Virus record (IMG/VR): IMGVR_UViG_3300024239_000011
Coordinates: 186,001-250,000 of that record
Direction: 5' to 3' (one strand)
Length of the DNA: 64,000 nt
The notes beneath the pieces are model-generated. The model searched no databases, had not been told where the DNA came from, and worked only from the letters and a program-made list of their open reading frames with translations. Positions 9,327 to 19,970 of this stretch are shown piece by piece (the first letter of the stretch is position 1; every line of letters starts with the position of its first letter). Position numbers and translations under genes: made by a program.

Positions 9327-10430
9327 ATGGGTGTCCGTATTGAGGGCAATTCCCTCGTTTTTAGCTTTGAGAACGTCCATAAAGATGCCGGATGTTCGGT
9401 CAATTTTCAGCGTACCCTACGCATCCCTGACGACGAAAATACCTACGCGCTGCCACCTGGGTTGGGTAATTTCCCGATCCAAGCAGTAGAGGAATTCGCC
9501 AACGCCCCGTCCAAGTTCAAAGAACATGGTGGCTTCATGTTCCCCATGTATCAGTCCGAAGCCATGTGGATGAGCTTTAACAATTACAACGGCTATCCTA
9601 TCGCGCTGAAGATCGCCGCCGGGTCAATCAACGCGGTTGACGGCAACACCATCGAAGACGGACTGAATAGCAATGGTGAGCAGGACTACTGCGCGATCCC
9701 CGGTCAGCCGTGGCTTGACGGTTTCTGCGTCGAGAAGGGTAAGATTCGGCAGTTCATTGCCATGCCGCTGGGCGGCGGCTTCACTGCGGAAGAGCAGATT
9801 ACCGGCGAATCCCATTTTGGCGGACTTCAGTTCATCGCCTATGCGCTCAAGAAAGAAAAATGGGACGAAATCTGTCAGCATCGTGATGTATTGCGTTGCG
9901 CCTCTACTAAAGGTGGAGCATTTGCTTCGCCGGGCGTTTCCCCTTACATCACGGATTATTCAGAAGTTTATGCATGTGCCACCTCATCCATGGACATGTT
10001 AGATTGCGTTGGGATGGAAAGCGCCGCTATGGGCTTCGGTGCCGGTGGTGCCATGAAGCAGGACATCTATAAGGATGACTACACCATTGACGACTACGAC
10101 CTTGATAACCCGGTCGTCTGCCACGTCAACCTCTGCAACAGCGAAGCGTGGAGCCAGATCACCGGGGCGATGCCGCCGTACCCAGCGCCGACTGCCCAGG
10201 ACTACAGCCGTGCCCGCCTGCCGTGGTTCGACTACTACAGCGAAAAACACGCGGTGGACGGTTCCGCTACCCTAGCTGGGGTGAAATCGGTCAACGAAAT
10301 CCTGCTAGATCAGGGTGCCGACCCACTGCCCAACAATGAACCGGTAACGCCTGGGATGGTGGTGACCAAAATCGATCCGGATATCCAATATCCGGGCGTC
10401 GTGGTCCCCGCCTACAAAGCCCAGGCATAA
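9327..10430 (+). CDS. Conserved hypothetical protein
   Basis: FQRTLRIPDD..Y.LPPGLG.FP, PMYQSEAMW, QPWLDG...IRQF.AMPLG.G, LPWFDYY motifs; AGGAGA RBS before ATG 9327. Confidence 0.75.
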   Translation: MGVRIEGNSLVFSFENVHKDAGCSVNFQRTLRIPDDENTYALPPGLGNFPIQAVEEFANAPSKFKEHGGFMFPMYQSEAMWMSFNNYNGYPIALKIAAGSINAVDGNTIEDGLNSNGEQDYCAIPGQPWLDGFCVEKGKIRQFIAMPLGGGFTAEEQITGESHFGGLQFIAYALKKEKWDEICQHRDVLRCASTKGGAFASPGVSPYITDYSEVYACATSSMDMLDCVGMESAAMGFGAGGAMKQDIYKDDYTIDDYDLDNPVVCHVNLCNSEAWSQITGAMPPYPAPTAQDYSRARLPWFDYYSEKHAVDGSATLAGVKSVNEILLDQGADPLPNNEPVTPGMVVTKIDPDIQYPGVVVPAYKAQA

Positions 10431-10436
10431 AGTAAT

Positions 10437-10469
10437 AAAGCCCACCAGAGATAGTCTGGTGGGCTTTTT
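10437..10469 (+). terminator. Rho-independent terminator
   Basis: AAAGCCCACCAGA/TCTGGTGGGCTTT stem plus T-run. Confidence 0.85.
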
Positions 10470-10681
10470 ACTTAAATATGTCTTATGATAATGAAAATAC
10501 TAAGTCCACTCATTGACTTCTTAATACCACGTGCTAGAATGTACCTTGGTGAAGAACGGAGGGACATGATGTCCACCAAGCAATCCGACGTAAACGTTGA
10601 CGACGGTCTTACCGCGTCCCAGCAGCGTGCAGCCGAACAAGCTAAAATTCAGGCGAAACTTCGCCTATGGCTTAAAAACCA

Positions 10682-11212
10682 TTAATGCTTGTTCGTCATT
10701 AGGACGATCTGTTCGATCCGGTTAGCCAGGGTTTCAAGAGCCTTCGGCATGGCAGCAATCGCCTCAACGAAACGTGCCATTTCACCACGTAGATCGTCAA
10801 AACCACCACCCTTTAATCGTGCTTGAAGGTGCTGCACGACAGATGCCATAACTTTCTTGGCATTGCGTGCTTTATCCGCAATCACCTTATATTCCTGATG
10901 CGTAGCAGCACTTTCACTAAGTTTCAGGGACACCCGCTTGTAAGCGTTGGTTAGGTCGTTTAATGCGTCCTGTAATGCCCCCATTCCCACAGCGGTATTC
11001 ATCCCATCCATCTTACACAGTTCCATGTAAGAGTGACCAAGCGTTTCCAGCTTGCGTACTTCGGTCATGAAGCGTTCAAGGAACTCAACAAAATCACGAA
11101 CAGTTTGGAATTTCTCCGGAAATTCCACCATCCCAAATTTGATTTCAGCTATCTTGGCGGCAAGTTCTTTGAACTCACCAGTTGGGCGTGTCTCGAATTC
11201 AACTAGTCGCAT
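10682..11212 (-). CDS. Helical hypothetical protein
   Basis: Starts MRLVEFE after a GAGAGG RBS. Confidence 0.6.
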   Translation of the reverse strand: MRLVEFETRPTGEFKELAAKIAEIKFGMVEFPEKFQTVRDFVEFLERFMTEVRKLETLGHSYMELCKMDGMNTAVGMGALQDALNDLTNAYKRVSLKLSESAATHQEYKVIADKARNAKKVMASVVQHLQARLKGGGFDDLRGEMARFVEAIAAMPKALETLANRIEQIVLMTNKH

Positions 11213-11285
11213 GAAATTTCCTCTCTTTATACCCATATTTAGTTTTTATGTAGTCATAAATACCCCGACACCATTTATATAGGGG

Positions 11286-11741
11286 GTGCGCATGACGGAG
11301 ATTATCGATTTTGCATCTATTAAAAAGAAATCAACCATAGGTAAAGAATTTACATTTCTTGATGGTGATGCGGCAAGAACCAGGGATAGTTTTGGGTATG
11401 CCGCAATCATGAATGAGGCTCTTCATACCGTTGCACGAAAAATTATTCAAAAAGTTGCAACGGAAGGATTACCGGGCGCTCATCATCTGTATATCAGATT
11501 CGACACAACCACCAATGGCGTGTTTCTGGATGATTATCTTCGATCCAAATATCCGGCGGAAATGGTTATTCAATTACAACATAAGTTTACCGATCTCGAT
11601 GTTACCGACACCGATTTCACGGTCACCCTTCAGTTTGAAGGTACCCCTAAAAAAATTGTGATACCATTTATGTCCATAATTTCAGTGGTCGATCCATCAG
11701 TGCCATTCGGGTTTGGTATGATTGATCCATCAAATGTGTAG
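11286..11741 (+). CDS. sspB: Alphaproteobacterial-type ClpXP adaptor SspB
   Basis: EGLPGAHH.YI.F.T...GV...YL..KYP.EM.I.LQH.F.DL...F.VTL.F.G....VIPF..I..V.DPSV.FG. Confidence 0.85.
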   Translation: MRMTEIIDFASIKKKSTIGKEFTFLDGDAARTRDSFGYAAIMNEALHTVARKIIQKVATEGLPGAHHLYIRFDTTTNGVFLDDYLRSKYPAEMVIQLQHKFTDLDVTDTDFTVTLQFEGTPKKIVIPFMSIISVVDPSVPFGFGMIDPSNV

Positions 11742-11896
11742 TTTCGTCTCGTCCGCGTTTTTCCGTTTGTCAATATATTTTACTTGTAAATCAACAACTT
11801 AGAAATTTTCTAGTTGCCAACGGATAAAAATATGTTGACATAGGGGTGATTAATCGTCCACGCGCCTTGTTGGCGCTATATACGAGGAAGCGAACG

Positions 11897-12793
11897 ATGA
11901 CACGCCTTGCTAGAATTGGAACCGGAATGCCTGTGCCGATCAAGTCGCACGTAACCCCGGAATTGCGCCAACTGTTCAACACAAAAGCGGCAGAAAGCAA
12001 AACCGCCAATCTACCGATGGAACGGCGAACGGTGAAAATTTCCAGTCTCAAACTGGATGCGTCGTACCGGGGCACCAATCCCAAACCCGAGGCGGTTACC
12101 GATCTTGCGGTAAATTGGCAGGATTCCCTCTATACACCCATCATGGTGGTACAGCGTGGTAGGCACCTATTCATTATCAGGGGTCTGCGCCGGGCGCTGG
12201 CGGCTATTTTAACAGGTCGCAATGAGATTGAAGCGTTCATAATCCAATCGCAGGATGCCGAACACGAACTCAGCCTGTTGGAAACCGGCGCGGTACGGAC
12301 TCAGATCAAGCACCAACGTGCCCTGGCATCCCCGGTACATCCATCCCATGCCCTTGCCAAAGAGCTTCAACGCATATGTGATGCAGTAGGCGTGAAAATC
12401 GCGGAACATCAGGCACCGGGTGTCCTGACAGGAACCGAGCGCATGATGGATGCCATCACCAATTATGGTTCGGCACAAGTCGAACACGCACTGCGTTTGT
12501 ACCGCAAAATTTGGGCACGTGATAGGGTGCATGCCTACGTAACCAGCGGATTAACCGCATGGCTATATGCGGTGAAGGATATCCCACATGTCAGTGATGA
12601 TCGAATCATCACCGCTTTCCAACGGGCTTTCCACAGCCATGGCGACGCCATCACCGCCCAAAAAAGCCTCAATACCAACCGGCGACACACCGACCTCGTT
12701 TACTCCGAGCTATTCACTCGGAAATACAACGAAACGATGCACGGTCGTGCAAAGTTGAAGGTGGAAACAGTCATCAACCATCTGACCAAATAA
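11897..12793 (+). CDS. ParB/Srx-like N-terminal domain protein
   Basis: KISSLKLD..Y...PIMVVQRG..LFII.G.RR..AA...G; the usual DG.HR motif is degenerate. Confidence 0.55.
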   Translation: MTRLARIGTGMPVPIKSHVTPELRQLFNTKAAESKTANLPMERRTVKISSLKLDASYRGTNPKPEAVTDLAVNWQDSLYTPIMVVQRGRHLFIIRGLRRALAAILTGRNEIEAFIIQSQDAEHELSLLETGAVRTQIKHQRALASPVHPSHALAKELQRICDAVGVKIAEHQAPGVLTGTERMMDAITNYGSAQVEHALRLYRKIWARDRVHAYVTSGLTAWLYAVKDIPHVSDDRIITAFQRAFHSHGDAITAQKSLNTNRRHTDLVYSELFTRKYNETMHGRAKLKVETVINHLTK

Positions 12794-12808
12794 TGTAGGT
12801 CAAAGGAT

Positions 12809-12847
12809 ATAGGAAAGGGATGGGGTTAGCCCATCCCTTTCCTATTA
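12809..12847 (+). terminator. Long hairpin/terminator
   Basis: ATAGGAAAGGGATGGG/CCCATCCCTTTCCTAT 16-bp stem. Confidence 0.75.
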
Positions 12848-13043
12848 AAACTCTTTAGTTTGTTTATGTCCTTTATCCGAGTGTGTATGCCTGTTTACCG
12901 AGCATTTTAAAATTGGTTAAAGCCCCTTGACCGGTGGGTGGATCGGAACATATCATCCAGCATGCATCGGAGGGGTAGGGACGAATCACCCAATGGGTAA
13001 GGGCTTCCCGAACTCCATACTCCAAACATAGGCAAAAAGGAGG

Positions 13044-13628
13044 ATGGGGAGGATGACTGTCGTTGTTGCACTAAGCCAGGATGGGCAGGTAAATGACACG
13101 GTAACCGTTATACAAGACATTCACGAACGGTGCCGCCAACTTAAAATTAAGTGTCAAATCACCGATCACGAAGGGTTACTCAAAGCCTACCTTTTTGCGA
13201 CGAATTTTATTCCGCGCGATGATCGTTTCATGGTGAAAGCGGTTTTTCGTGAAGTTGCATTCCTGCTGCATGACACCACCGAGCATGATGTGGAAGAATG
13301 GTTCGATATTGTTGCCACATCCGAAGGGTCAAACTTAATGGATGCAGTCCTCGGTGAAGTACGCGAGGACATTGACAGCAACGTATTTGATTCCATGATG
13401 GTGCTTAAGCACACCCTAGAAAATTGCTGTGGCTTGGATATCCACTCTCAAAAAGATAAAATTTTCGAGATTGCGCACATGGTTGCGATGCTGGGCGCGG
13501 TGGATAATCTCGGGCATCCCACGAATGATCTGGCACGGATGCTGATGCACGAAGTGGCGAAACGCTACTTCCATCTCGCATGTGTCTTCATTCCCCCGAA
13601 CCCGGTGCATTTGGAAATCGACTCATAA
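13044..13628 (+). CDS. Hypothetical protein
   Basis: 194-aa ORF with AGGAGG RBS. Confidence 0.6.
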   Translation: MGRMTVVVALSQDGQVNDTVTVIQDIHERCRQLKIKCQITDHEGLLKAYLFATNFIPRDDRFMVKAVFREVAFLLHDTTEHDVEEWFDIVATSEGSNLMDAVLGEVREDIDSNVFDSMMVLKHTLENCCGLDIHSQKDKIFEIAHMVAMLGAVDNLGHPTNDLARMLMHEVAKRYFHLACVFIPPNPVHLEIDS

Positions 13629-13913
13629 CCAGAGTCGATACAGGGTTGCCTCTCGGGGATCGGAAAATGAAACGGTGAGACGGAGCAATATTGCTCCGTC
13701 TCCTACTTCAATACCCATCGCATTGAATGAATGGCTCACGGGCTTTCGAGTTTCGAACCATTCTATGATTCGATCATCGATCCCCACGCTGGACGATACC
13801 CAGTGAACCACCTCATGGTCACGGGGATTGTTCGTTACCTGCTGGATGGCTGACCCGGCGAATTCATCACCGGTTACCCACTCCACTAATAAAAACTCAC
13901 ACCGATCAGTCAC
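13623..13913 (-). CDS. Hypothetical phage protein
   Basis: Probable GTG start overlapping the upstream stop; C-terminal F.D..EA.L.RL.W motif resembles 60588..60923. Confidence 0.5.
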   Translation of the reverse strand: MTDRCEFLLVEWVTGDEFAGSAIQQVTNNPRDHEVVHWVSSSVGIDDRIIEWFETRKPVSHSFNAMGIEVGDGAILLRLTVSFSDPREATLYRLWL

Positions 13914-14592
13914 GCTTTTCGCATTGATCAGGCGTTGTAACCGAGGCGGCAAATTCTGCCTCTGCCTTCACCAGCGTAGATTGGGTCGTGCCATCATCAC
14001 CGACACTGGTCTTCAAGGTCTGGAAAGCTTGCTCAATCTGCCCCAGCGCCGTTTCGAGCTTCTGGATAGCACCATCTTCTTTGGTAGGTTCCTTAACCGG
14101 TTCGGCGGCGCCCAGAACGCTCGTCTCAAGCCGTAAAAGGCGCTCACGGAAATCCTCAATTTCCTTTAAGCGACGGTTCTCTTCCGTCAACGCCTCAATC
14201 TGATCTTCTAGGTCGGTACGAACCTTCTCGGCGTTCTCACAGCGTGCTTTCAAGTCCGTATTTTGGGAACTTAGTTTGGTGTTCATAGCCTTCATCTGAT
14301 AGGCAAAGGTGGCTACCTCTTGGGTTACTTCACCGATCACCGCATCAACATCCTTGCGCATTTCCTTGAACAGGGTGTCAAGATGCCCAGATATGGTCTT
14401 GAGTGCCCAATGAATCTGTTGGGCTTCCGGGACGTTTTCACTAAGTGTATCAATACGTTCTTGGGTCGCAGTCACGTTAAGATCGTTAACTACCGTAAGA
14501 TACCGCTTAATTTCCTTTACTGCCGTCCGAGCTTCCTCGCTACGTAGGGTTTCTGCCGCTGAAAAAGTCATAGTAATAGGATCAACTGACAT
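13906..14592 (-). CDS. Coiled-coil protein
   Basis: Heptad-rich; GGAGG RBS and CTAAATA promoter at ~14632-14638. Confidence 0.65.
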   Translation of the reverse strand: MSVDPITMTFSAAETLRSEEARTAVKEIKRYLTVVNDLNVTATQERIDTLSENVPEAQQIHWALKTISGHLDTLFKEMRKDVDAVIGEVTQEVATFAYQMKAMNTKLSSQNTDLKARCENAEKVRTDLEDQIEALTEENRRLKEIEDFRERLLRLETSVLGAAEPVKEPTKEDGAIQKLETALGQIEQAFQTLKTSVGDDGTTQSTLVKAEAEFAASVTTPDQCEKRD

Positions 14593-14656
14593 AACTTTAC
14601 CTCCGTGTGTGTCGTGTGTTATGTGTGTAGTTATTTAGCTCCCGGTGAAATAGATC

Positions 14657-15259
14657 ATGGAAAACCTCATAAAACGTGCGGCAAAAATCGCAGATGTTCC
14701 GATATCGGCAGCATTCATATACGGCAGTCGGGTATACGGTACTGCAACCTATTCATCTGACTACGATCTCGTGGTAATTTCAGATCAAGCACGGGATGGA
14801 CATGAAATTCGTAATGGTGACCTGAATATCCACCTCTACACGCCTGTGAAATTCCAAGAAAACCTTACCCTCCATAAAGTGGTTGCGGTTGAATGCTACC
14901 ACGCGCCCGACTGTTACAAATATGGAAACGTGGAGCGGTTCCGGTGGGTTGTGGACAAAGCCACCCTGCGCCGGGAATTTTCCGAGAAAGCATCGAATAG
15001 TTGGGTGAAGGGAAAGAAGAAACTTGACGTGGAAGGTGATTTTTATATTGGTCGAAAGAGCATCTTTCACTCGCTTCGTATTATCAAATTCGGTATCCAG
15101 CTTGCCATGACCGGTCGTATTACCGATTTTGGGGCAGCAAATGACCTGTACCAAGAGATTGTACAATCCCCCGAGGAAAACTGGGCTTTCTTCAAGGAAA
15201 AATACCAGCCGCTATACAACGAATTGAGCAGTGAATTCAGACGGCTTGCACCAAAGTAG
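14657..15259 (+). CDS. Pol-beta-superfamily nucleotidyltransferase
   Basis: YGSRVYG....SDYD.VV motif plus helical C-terminus. Confidence 0.8.
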   Translation: MENLIKRAAKIADVPISAAFIYGSRVYGTATYSSDYDLVVISDQARDGHEIRNGDLNIHLYTPVKFQENLTLHKVVAVECYHAPDCYKYGNVERFRWVVDKATLRREFSEKASNSWVKGKKKLDVEGDFYIGRKSIFHSLRIIKFGIQLAMTGRITDFGAANDLYQEIVQSPEENWAFFKEKYQPLYNELSSEFRRLAPK

Positions 15260-15322
15260 TCTTGCCGAACATGTCTGCACGTTGTATAGTGTACCGAATC
15301 TTTTCTCCAAGGGGAGCTTACC

Positions 15323-15718
15323 ATGTCGAATCCCGACGCCGTTGCCAAGTACATCGACCGCACTGCCCTGTCCAAGAGCCTGGGAGAGATCGTTCCCTAT
15401 GATCAGGGATACATCGTCAACGTCGGTGCCCAGTATCCCAACAAAGCTCCGGTGTTCGTCGGCATTCGCATGAGCAATGGCAAGCTGCGTATCACCGATG
15501 GTCGCGAAGGCATCCGACAGATCGCCAACATCAAGCCGAACCTGCCCAGACGCCCTGGCTATTACCTGTGCAAGGCTGCCAAGATGCACGAAGTGCGCTG
15601 CGACGAGGGCGAGGTGTATGCTCTGCTGCCGAAGGGCGCGTCCACCAAGGACGTGATCGATGCCATCCGTGCGGTCGGCTCGGCATCGCAGAATGGCGTG
15701 CTGCTCGACCGCCGCTGA
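15323..15718 (+). CDS. Hypothetical protein
   Basis: GC-rich, strongly codon-biased ORF with GGGGAG RBS and upstream TTGCCG..TATAGT promoter. Confidence 0.6.
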   Translation: MSNPDAVAKYIDRTALSKSLGEIVPYDQGYIVNVGAQYPNKAPVFVGIRMSNGKLRITDGREGIRQIANIKPNLPRRPGYYLCKAAKMHEVRCDEGEVYALLPKGASTKDVIDAIRAVGSASQNGVLLDRR

Positions 15719-15995
15719 TCATACCTACCGCGTGTCGGGTCATTGCCTGGGCGATCAAGACCGGAAAAATCGCGTCTATCTTTGACAGTGAAAATCAGGT
15801 CTGGTCTAATATCGGGTGGGTTATCGTAGCCATTATCAATGCAACGATTTGGTTCATCATCTTCCCGATCACGTTCTACCAATACCAAGAGAAAACCCAG
15901 GAAAAACGGTAAGGAAAAAGAGGGGCGTGTCCCCTCTTTTTTTGTGCGTTTTCAATAAATAAGCGTGGTGTTTACCATTACCAAGGACCACGCGG

Positions 15996-17138
15996 ATGAC
16001 CGACAAAATCAGGAAGTTCATTAACGAAAATGACCCCCAGACCCCATGCGTCATCATTGACGTTGATGTGGTCCGGAGGAATTATCACAAACTCAAATAC
16101 TTCCTTCCCGAAGCCGATGTCTTTTATGCGGTGAAGGCAAATCCTGGCAATCCTATTATTGAATCATTGGCAGAAATTGGGTCATCCTTTGACGTTGCCA
16201 GCATTCAAGAGCTTGATCTAGTTCTAAGTTTCGGCGTTAAACCCGAGAAAATTTCGTTTGGTAACACGATCAAAAAAGAACGTGACATAAAGTACGCTTA
16301 TGACAAGGGCATTCGCCTGTTCGTTTGCGACGCAGAATCCGAGCTTGAGAAAATTGCCCGTGCTGCCCCTGGCGCCAAAGTGTTCTGCCGCATTCTGTGG
16401 CTTGGGGAAGGCGCAGAATGGCCGCTATCCCGCAAGTTTGGGTGTGATCCCGATATGGCAGTAGACTTGCTCATTCGTGCCAAGGAACTGGGTCTGGACC
16501 CCTATGGGGTATCCTTCCACCCAGGCTCGCAACAGAAAGACCTCAATCAGTGGGATTTGGCAATCACCAAGGTCGCAGAAATTTTCCGTCAGGTCTATCG
16601 CGAAGCCGAAATTGAACTCAAAATGATCAACATGGGTGGTGGTTTTCCAGCCCCCGGCTATCGCACCCCGGTACAGAGCCTTGAGTCCTATGCCGACATT
16701 ATTCGGGCATCCATGGAAAAGAACTTCGGTGAAGATGAGTGGCCAAGAATCATCGTGGAACCCGGTCGTTCCATGACCGGAGACGCTGGTATCGTCCGAG
16801 CAGAAATCGTCCTGATTTCGAAGAAGATCGAGTCTGAATTTGAACCGCGTTGGGTCTATCTCGACATCGGTAAATTCAGTGGGCTTGTTGAGACGTTCGA
16901 GGAAGCCATCACCTATCGGTTCAAGACCCCGCGTGATGGTGATGAAGCGGGTCCGGTAATTCTAGCAGGACCAACGTGCGACAGCCTCGACATTCTATAT
17001 GAGAAAACGGAATACAATCTTCCGCTGACGTTGGAAATCGGGGATAAGGTTGAAATCTTGTCCTGTGGGGCGTATTCAACCACATACGCCTGCGTCAACT
17101 TCAATGGCTTCCCGCCGCCAAAGATATACTTCATATAA
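15996..17138 (+). CDS. PLP-dependent ornithine/lysine decarboxylase (fold III)
   Basis: FYAVKANP, FDVAS, KFGC, SFH.GSQ, GGGF, EPGR, GPTCDS.D, GAY. Confidence 0.95.
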   Translation: MTDKIRKFINENDPQTPCVIIDVDVVRRNYHKLKYFLPEADVFYAVKANPGNPIIESLAEIGSSFDVASIQELDLVLSFGVKPEKISFGNTIKKERDIKYAYDKGIRLFVCDAESELEKIARAAPGAKVFCRILWLGEGAEWPLSRKFGCDPDMAVDLLIRAKELGLDPYGVSFHPGSQQKDLNQWDLAITKVAEIFRQVYREAEIELKMINMGGGFPAPGYRTPVQSLESYADIIRASMEKNFGEDEWPRIIVEPGRSMTGDAGIVRAEIVLISKKIESEFEPRWVYLDIGKFSGLVETFEEAITYRFKTPRDGDEAGPVILAGPTCDSLDILYEKTEYNLPLTLEIGDKVEILSCGAYSTTYACVNFNGFPPPKIYFI

Positions 17139-17565
17139 TGTGTTGAGGTTATTTATCAACGCTATTCCTGATCAGCGTTGCCGTAGTGACGCTTCTATCC
17201 CACTTGTCGTTGGGATTGACTCTGGAACAAGCAATCGAACTAACTCATGCAATACAGCACGATCTTGCATGACCGGTTTGAAATGACTGCAACAACCGGT
17301 ACCCATTTTCTGGCGCCGTTATTTTTCCTGCGGTAAAAACTCAAAAATGATTATCGAAATTAACGAAAAGGCAAGCAGTACCCCCGCAGCTATCCATTGT
17401 TCAAACATCACGCATCCCATCCCAAACAAAATACCAATAAATCCATAGGCCATATTACACCTGTCCGATTTCAATATTCATGATAGAACAATGGGCGCGG
17501 TGGTGCCGACTGCGATCTGCACATCACCGCCCACACTCCAACTTATGCAGGTTGAACGGTGCGTA

Positions 17566-17982
17566 TCAAGGCACTGACCGCAAAATCCGTTCCCATCCGT
17601 CAGTCGTCGCCTCAGTGGCAATTTCCTCGTCATCCAACGCCTGATAGCCGACCAATAGGGAACACGCCCACTTAGGTGATCTTTTCTTACGACGTGCAAC
17701 TTCACGCGCCACCGCCTCACGATACCCAGACATGGCGGCATACAAACCAGGGATGGGATCGCGTTGAACCACAAAATCCCAGGTCAACCCGACCTTGCTC
17801 CCTTCACAACTGCAAATCCCGCCGCCAACGCGGACGCGGGTGTAACCAACCAACATCACCACTCGATCATCAGGAAGAACCGCAAGAATGCCTTCTTCCG
17901 TGTCTTCCAATTCACCATAATGAACCGGTAAGCCATGAGCATCGAGTGGTGGGTTGATGAGTTCTGCGGTTTCAATATTCAT
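17566..17982 (-). CDS. Hypothetical protein
   Basis: ORF from ATG 17982. Confidence 0.5.
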   Translation of the reverse strand: MNIETAELINPPLDAHGLPVHYGELEDTEEGILAVLPDDRVVMLVGYTRVRVGGGICSCEGSKVGLTWDFVVQRDPIPGLYAAMSGYREAVAREVARRKKRSPKWACSLLVGYQALDDEEIATEATTDGWERILRSVP

Positions 17983-18016
17983 GATGGACCAATTGTAAGT
18001 GTATTGGGCAGGAAAG

Positions 18017-19822
18017 TCAATGATGACGCCATACCCACCGCAATTTACCACAATCCCATATTCGATCAAAACCAAGTGTCTGCGCAGCAAGACTTTCAGT
18101 CATTTCAGAAGGATTGATACCAAACTTCTCCAATCTTTCCTTACGCAAGATGGATTTATGATACCTACGTTTATAATCCGTATAGTAAAAACTTGGGTCA
18201 ACATTACCATCCAGCATAAATCCAAGACGCTGGTATAGTTTCCCGGTACTGTGGCGATTATCAGAAAAAGAAACTACCGTAGTCGGGCAACATATTTCCA
18301 CAAATGTTTTGAACATTTTCGAAGCAATACCAGGGTAATGAAATCCGTTGGTTGCATATCTCACTAGTTCGTAGTCATATTCACCACGTGGATTGGTTGA
18401 GAACGCCATAACCGCTACGAGAGCATCATCATCGAAGGCACCAAAAATAGTGCCTACGGCAATACCACTCCCTTGTAAATGATGCTTATCTAAAAACTTA
18501 GCAGCAGACGCCCATTCTATCTTGGATATCTCTAATTGTCTTGCCCCGACACCCCGTGGGGCATGTCCAATTAAATGATGTATGCGGCTACGAACTACGT
18601 CATTATTTAGAACCCACTCATCACCGAATATCGTCAGGAGCGAAATTCCTTTTTCATTACATTGGCGCCATTTATCATAGTGATAAAAAGCGTTAGGGCG
18701 CCCCCGCTCGGACCATTGGCTATGAAAATACAACCCGCACATTTCAATCGCCAATGCCAAGTCAGGTAGATAAAAGTCTAGCTCACCCTTAATAATGGTT
18801 TGAGTATTCTTCTTGTAATTTATTCCAGCGTTATCAAGAATACGCTGCATAGCCGTTTCATATCCAGACCGCCCCGGTCGTTCGATCTCATACCGATCCA
18901 TATAGCGTCCAATGGTTCTGTCATTGACCTCCAACTTGACGGCAAGCTCGGATATCGAATACACCTCACAAAGTTGTTCGAACGCTTCTTTGTTTTGAAG
19001 GATATCGTATGCAACTGTAGACATTTGTCCCTGTACCCAATTCGAACGCCCATACCTGTTCAAATAGGTTTGGATACGCTTTGCTTTTACCACATCAGAT
19101 TTTAGAGGATGATCTACCCCTATAGTCGCAACCAAGATATCACGTATCTGCTGCTGAATGACAGGATTGGAAAAAGGGTTATCATATCCTGTTTGTTCGG
19201 TATACGCGGCACGAGCAATGTGCATGGCACTATCAGAACTATACCGATCTTGGCATGTTTGCTTGATTTTCTCTTTCACTTCATCCAATTGGGTATGCCA
19301 TTCCACCCCATATCGTATCAAATTGTTTAGCTTAGTGTTTTCCTTAACCTCTGCTGCCTGGGTATGCCACTCCACCCCATATTTTGCCAGATTTTGCTTT
19401 CGCAATCGGCATTTCACGTCATCTACCATCATGGCGTTTTCTACCCCATAACGCTCGATACAAGTAGAACGCATTTTATCTACAACAGCAGCTTTTTGTT
19501 GATCACTCTGCAAACTATGAAAATTAGATAGTTTATTGGATTGGTTCTCGCGGTTGCAAGAACATTCAACTTTGCTGCCGCAAAACCGAAACCCTTTATC
19601 AAGTGTATTGAATTTTTTACGGTTACCGTTCTTGCAGAATGGCGTCTCATCATGGAGTACAAGATAAACCATTTCGGGTATTGTCAAATCAATACCCCAT
19701 TTTTTGGTTTCTTGATACAACCATGCAAGCAATATCTTGTTTTGATTTATAGAACGCGCATAACCACGTTTTTGACTTAGATTTTTTACGACATCACGCA
19801 TAGTCGAATCCGAATCTCTCAA
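18017..19822 (-). CDS. Hef-like free-standing homing endonuclease (YGVE repeats, Vsr/PD-(D/E)XK nuclease, GNAT-like C-terminal domain)
   Basis: Repeated (K/R)YGVE..Q..VKE units; ELDFYLP..LAIE..G.YFHS...H..K...C...GI.L.TIF.DEW; FL..HHLQG...YELVRY...SFSD.R...G.LY..LGF; AT-rich; start may be ATG 19801. Confidence 0.75.
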   Translation of the reverse strand: MRDSDSTMRDVVKNLSQKRGYARSINQNKILLAWLYQETKKWGIDLTIPEMVYLVLHDETPFCKNGNRKKFNTLDKGFRFCGSKVECSCNRENQSNKLSNFHSLQSDQQKAAVVDKMRSTCIERYGVENAMMVDDVKCRLRKQNLAKYGVEWHTQAAEVKENTKLNNLIRYGVEWHTQLDEVKEKIKQTCQDRYSSDSAMHIARAAYTEQTGYDNPFSNPVIQQQIRDILVATIGVDHPLKSDVVKAKRIQTYLNRYGRSNWVQGQMSTVAYDILQNKEAFEQLCEVYSISELAVKLEVNDRTIGRYMDRYEIERPGRSGYETAMQRILDNAGINYKKNTQTIIKGELDFYLPDLALAIEMCGLYFHSQWSERGRPNAFYHYDKWRQCNEKGISLLTIFGDEWVLNNDVVRSRIHHLIGHAPRGVGARQLEISKIEWASAAKFLDKHHLQGSGIAVGTIFGAFDDDALVAVMAFSTNPRGEYDYELVRYATNGFHYPGIASKMFKTFVEICCPTTVVSFSDNRHSTGKLYQRLGFMLDGNVDPSFYYTDYKRRYHKSILRKERLEKFGINPSEMTESLAAQTLGFDRIWDCGKLRWVWRHH

Positions 19823-19891
19823 GCATCAATCTACAATCATGCCTCAAAATAATTCGAGCGCCAATTTAATTATTACTTGAAATACAATGGT

Positions 19892-19918
19892 TTGGGTAAC
19901 GCGGCTGATTATCTGGGT
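19892..19918 (+). other. Inverted, synonymously different copy of MCP codons LGNAADYLG
   Basis: TTG GGT AAC GCG GCT GAT TAT CTG GGT versus MCP TTG GGC AAT GCC GCG GAC TAC CTT GGG (minus, ~20033-20059); all 8 differences at third codon positions. Confidence 0.85.
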
Positions 19919-19935
19919 TAGATTTGAATAAACAA

Positions 19936-19970
19936 GAAACGGCGCCCGAAGGCGCCGTTTCCCTTTTGTT
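19936..19970. terminator. Bidirectional terminator downstream of MCP
   Basis: GAAACGGCGCC-CGAA-GGCGCCGTTTC stem (cUUCGg loop on minus), T-rich tails on both strands. Confidence 0.85.

Noticed and set aside
13906-14000. TGA readthrough joining MMARPNLRW to the 13623 ORF
   Set aside because: A GTG start overlapping the upstream stop explains the ORF more simply.
14604-14632. GT-rich microrepeats here and at ~49606-49623
   Set aside because: Short low-complexity AC-rich leaders between promoter and RBS; no further structure.
19280-19385. 24-bp direct repeat TGGGTATGCCA(T/C)TCCACCCCATAT as a possible CRISPR array
   Set aside because: Only two copies, in frame, encoding the YGVEWHTQ protein repeat. 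No CRISPR array was seen anywhere in the window.
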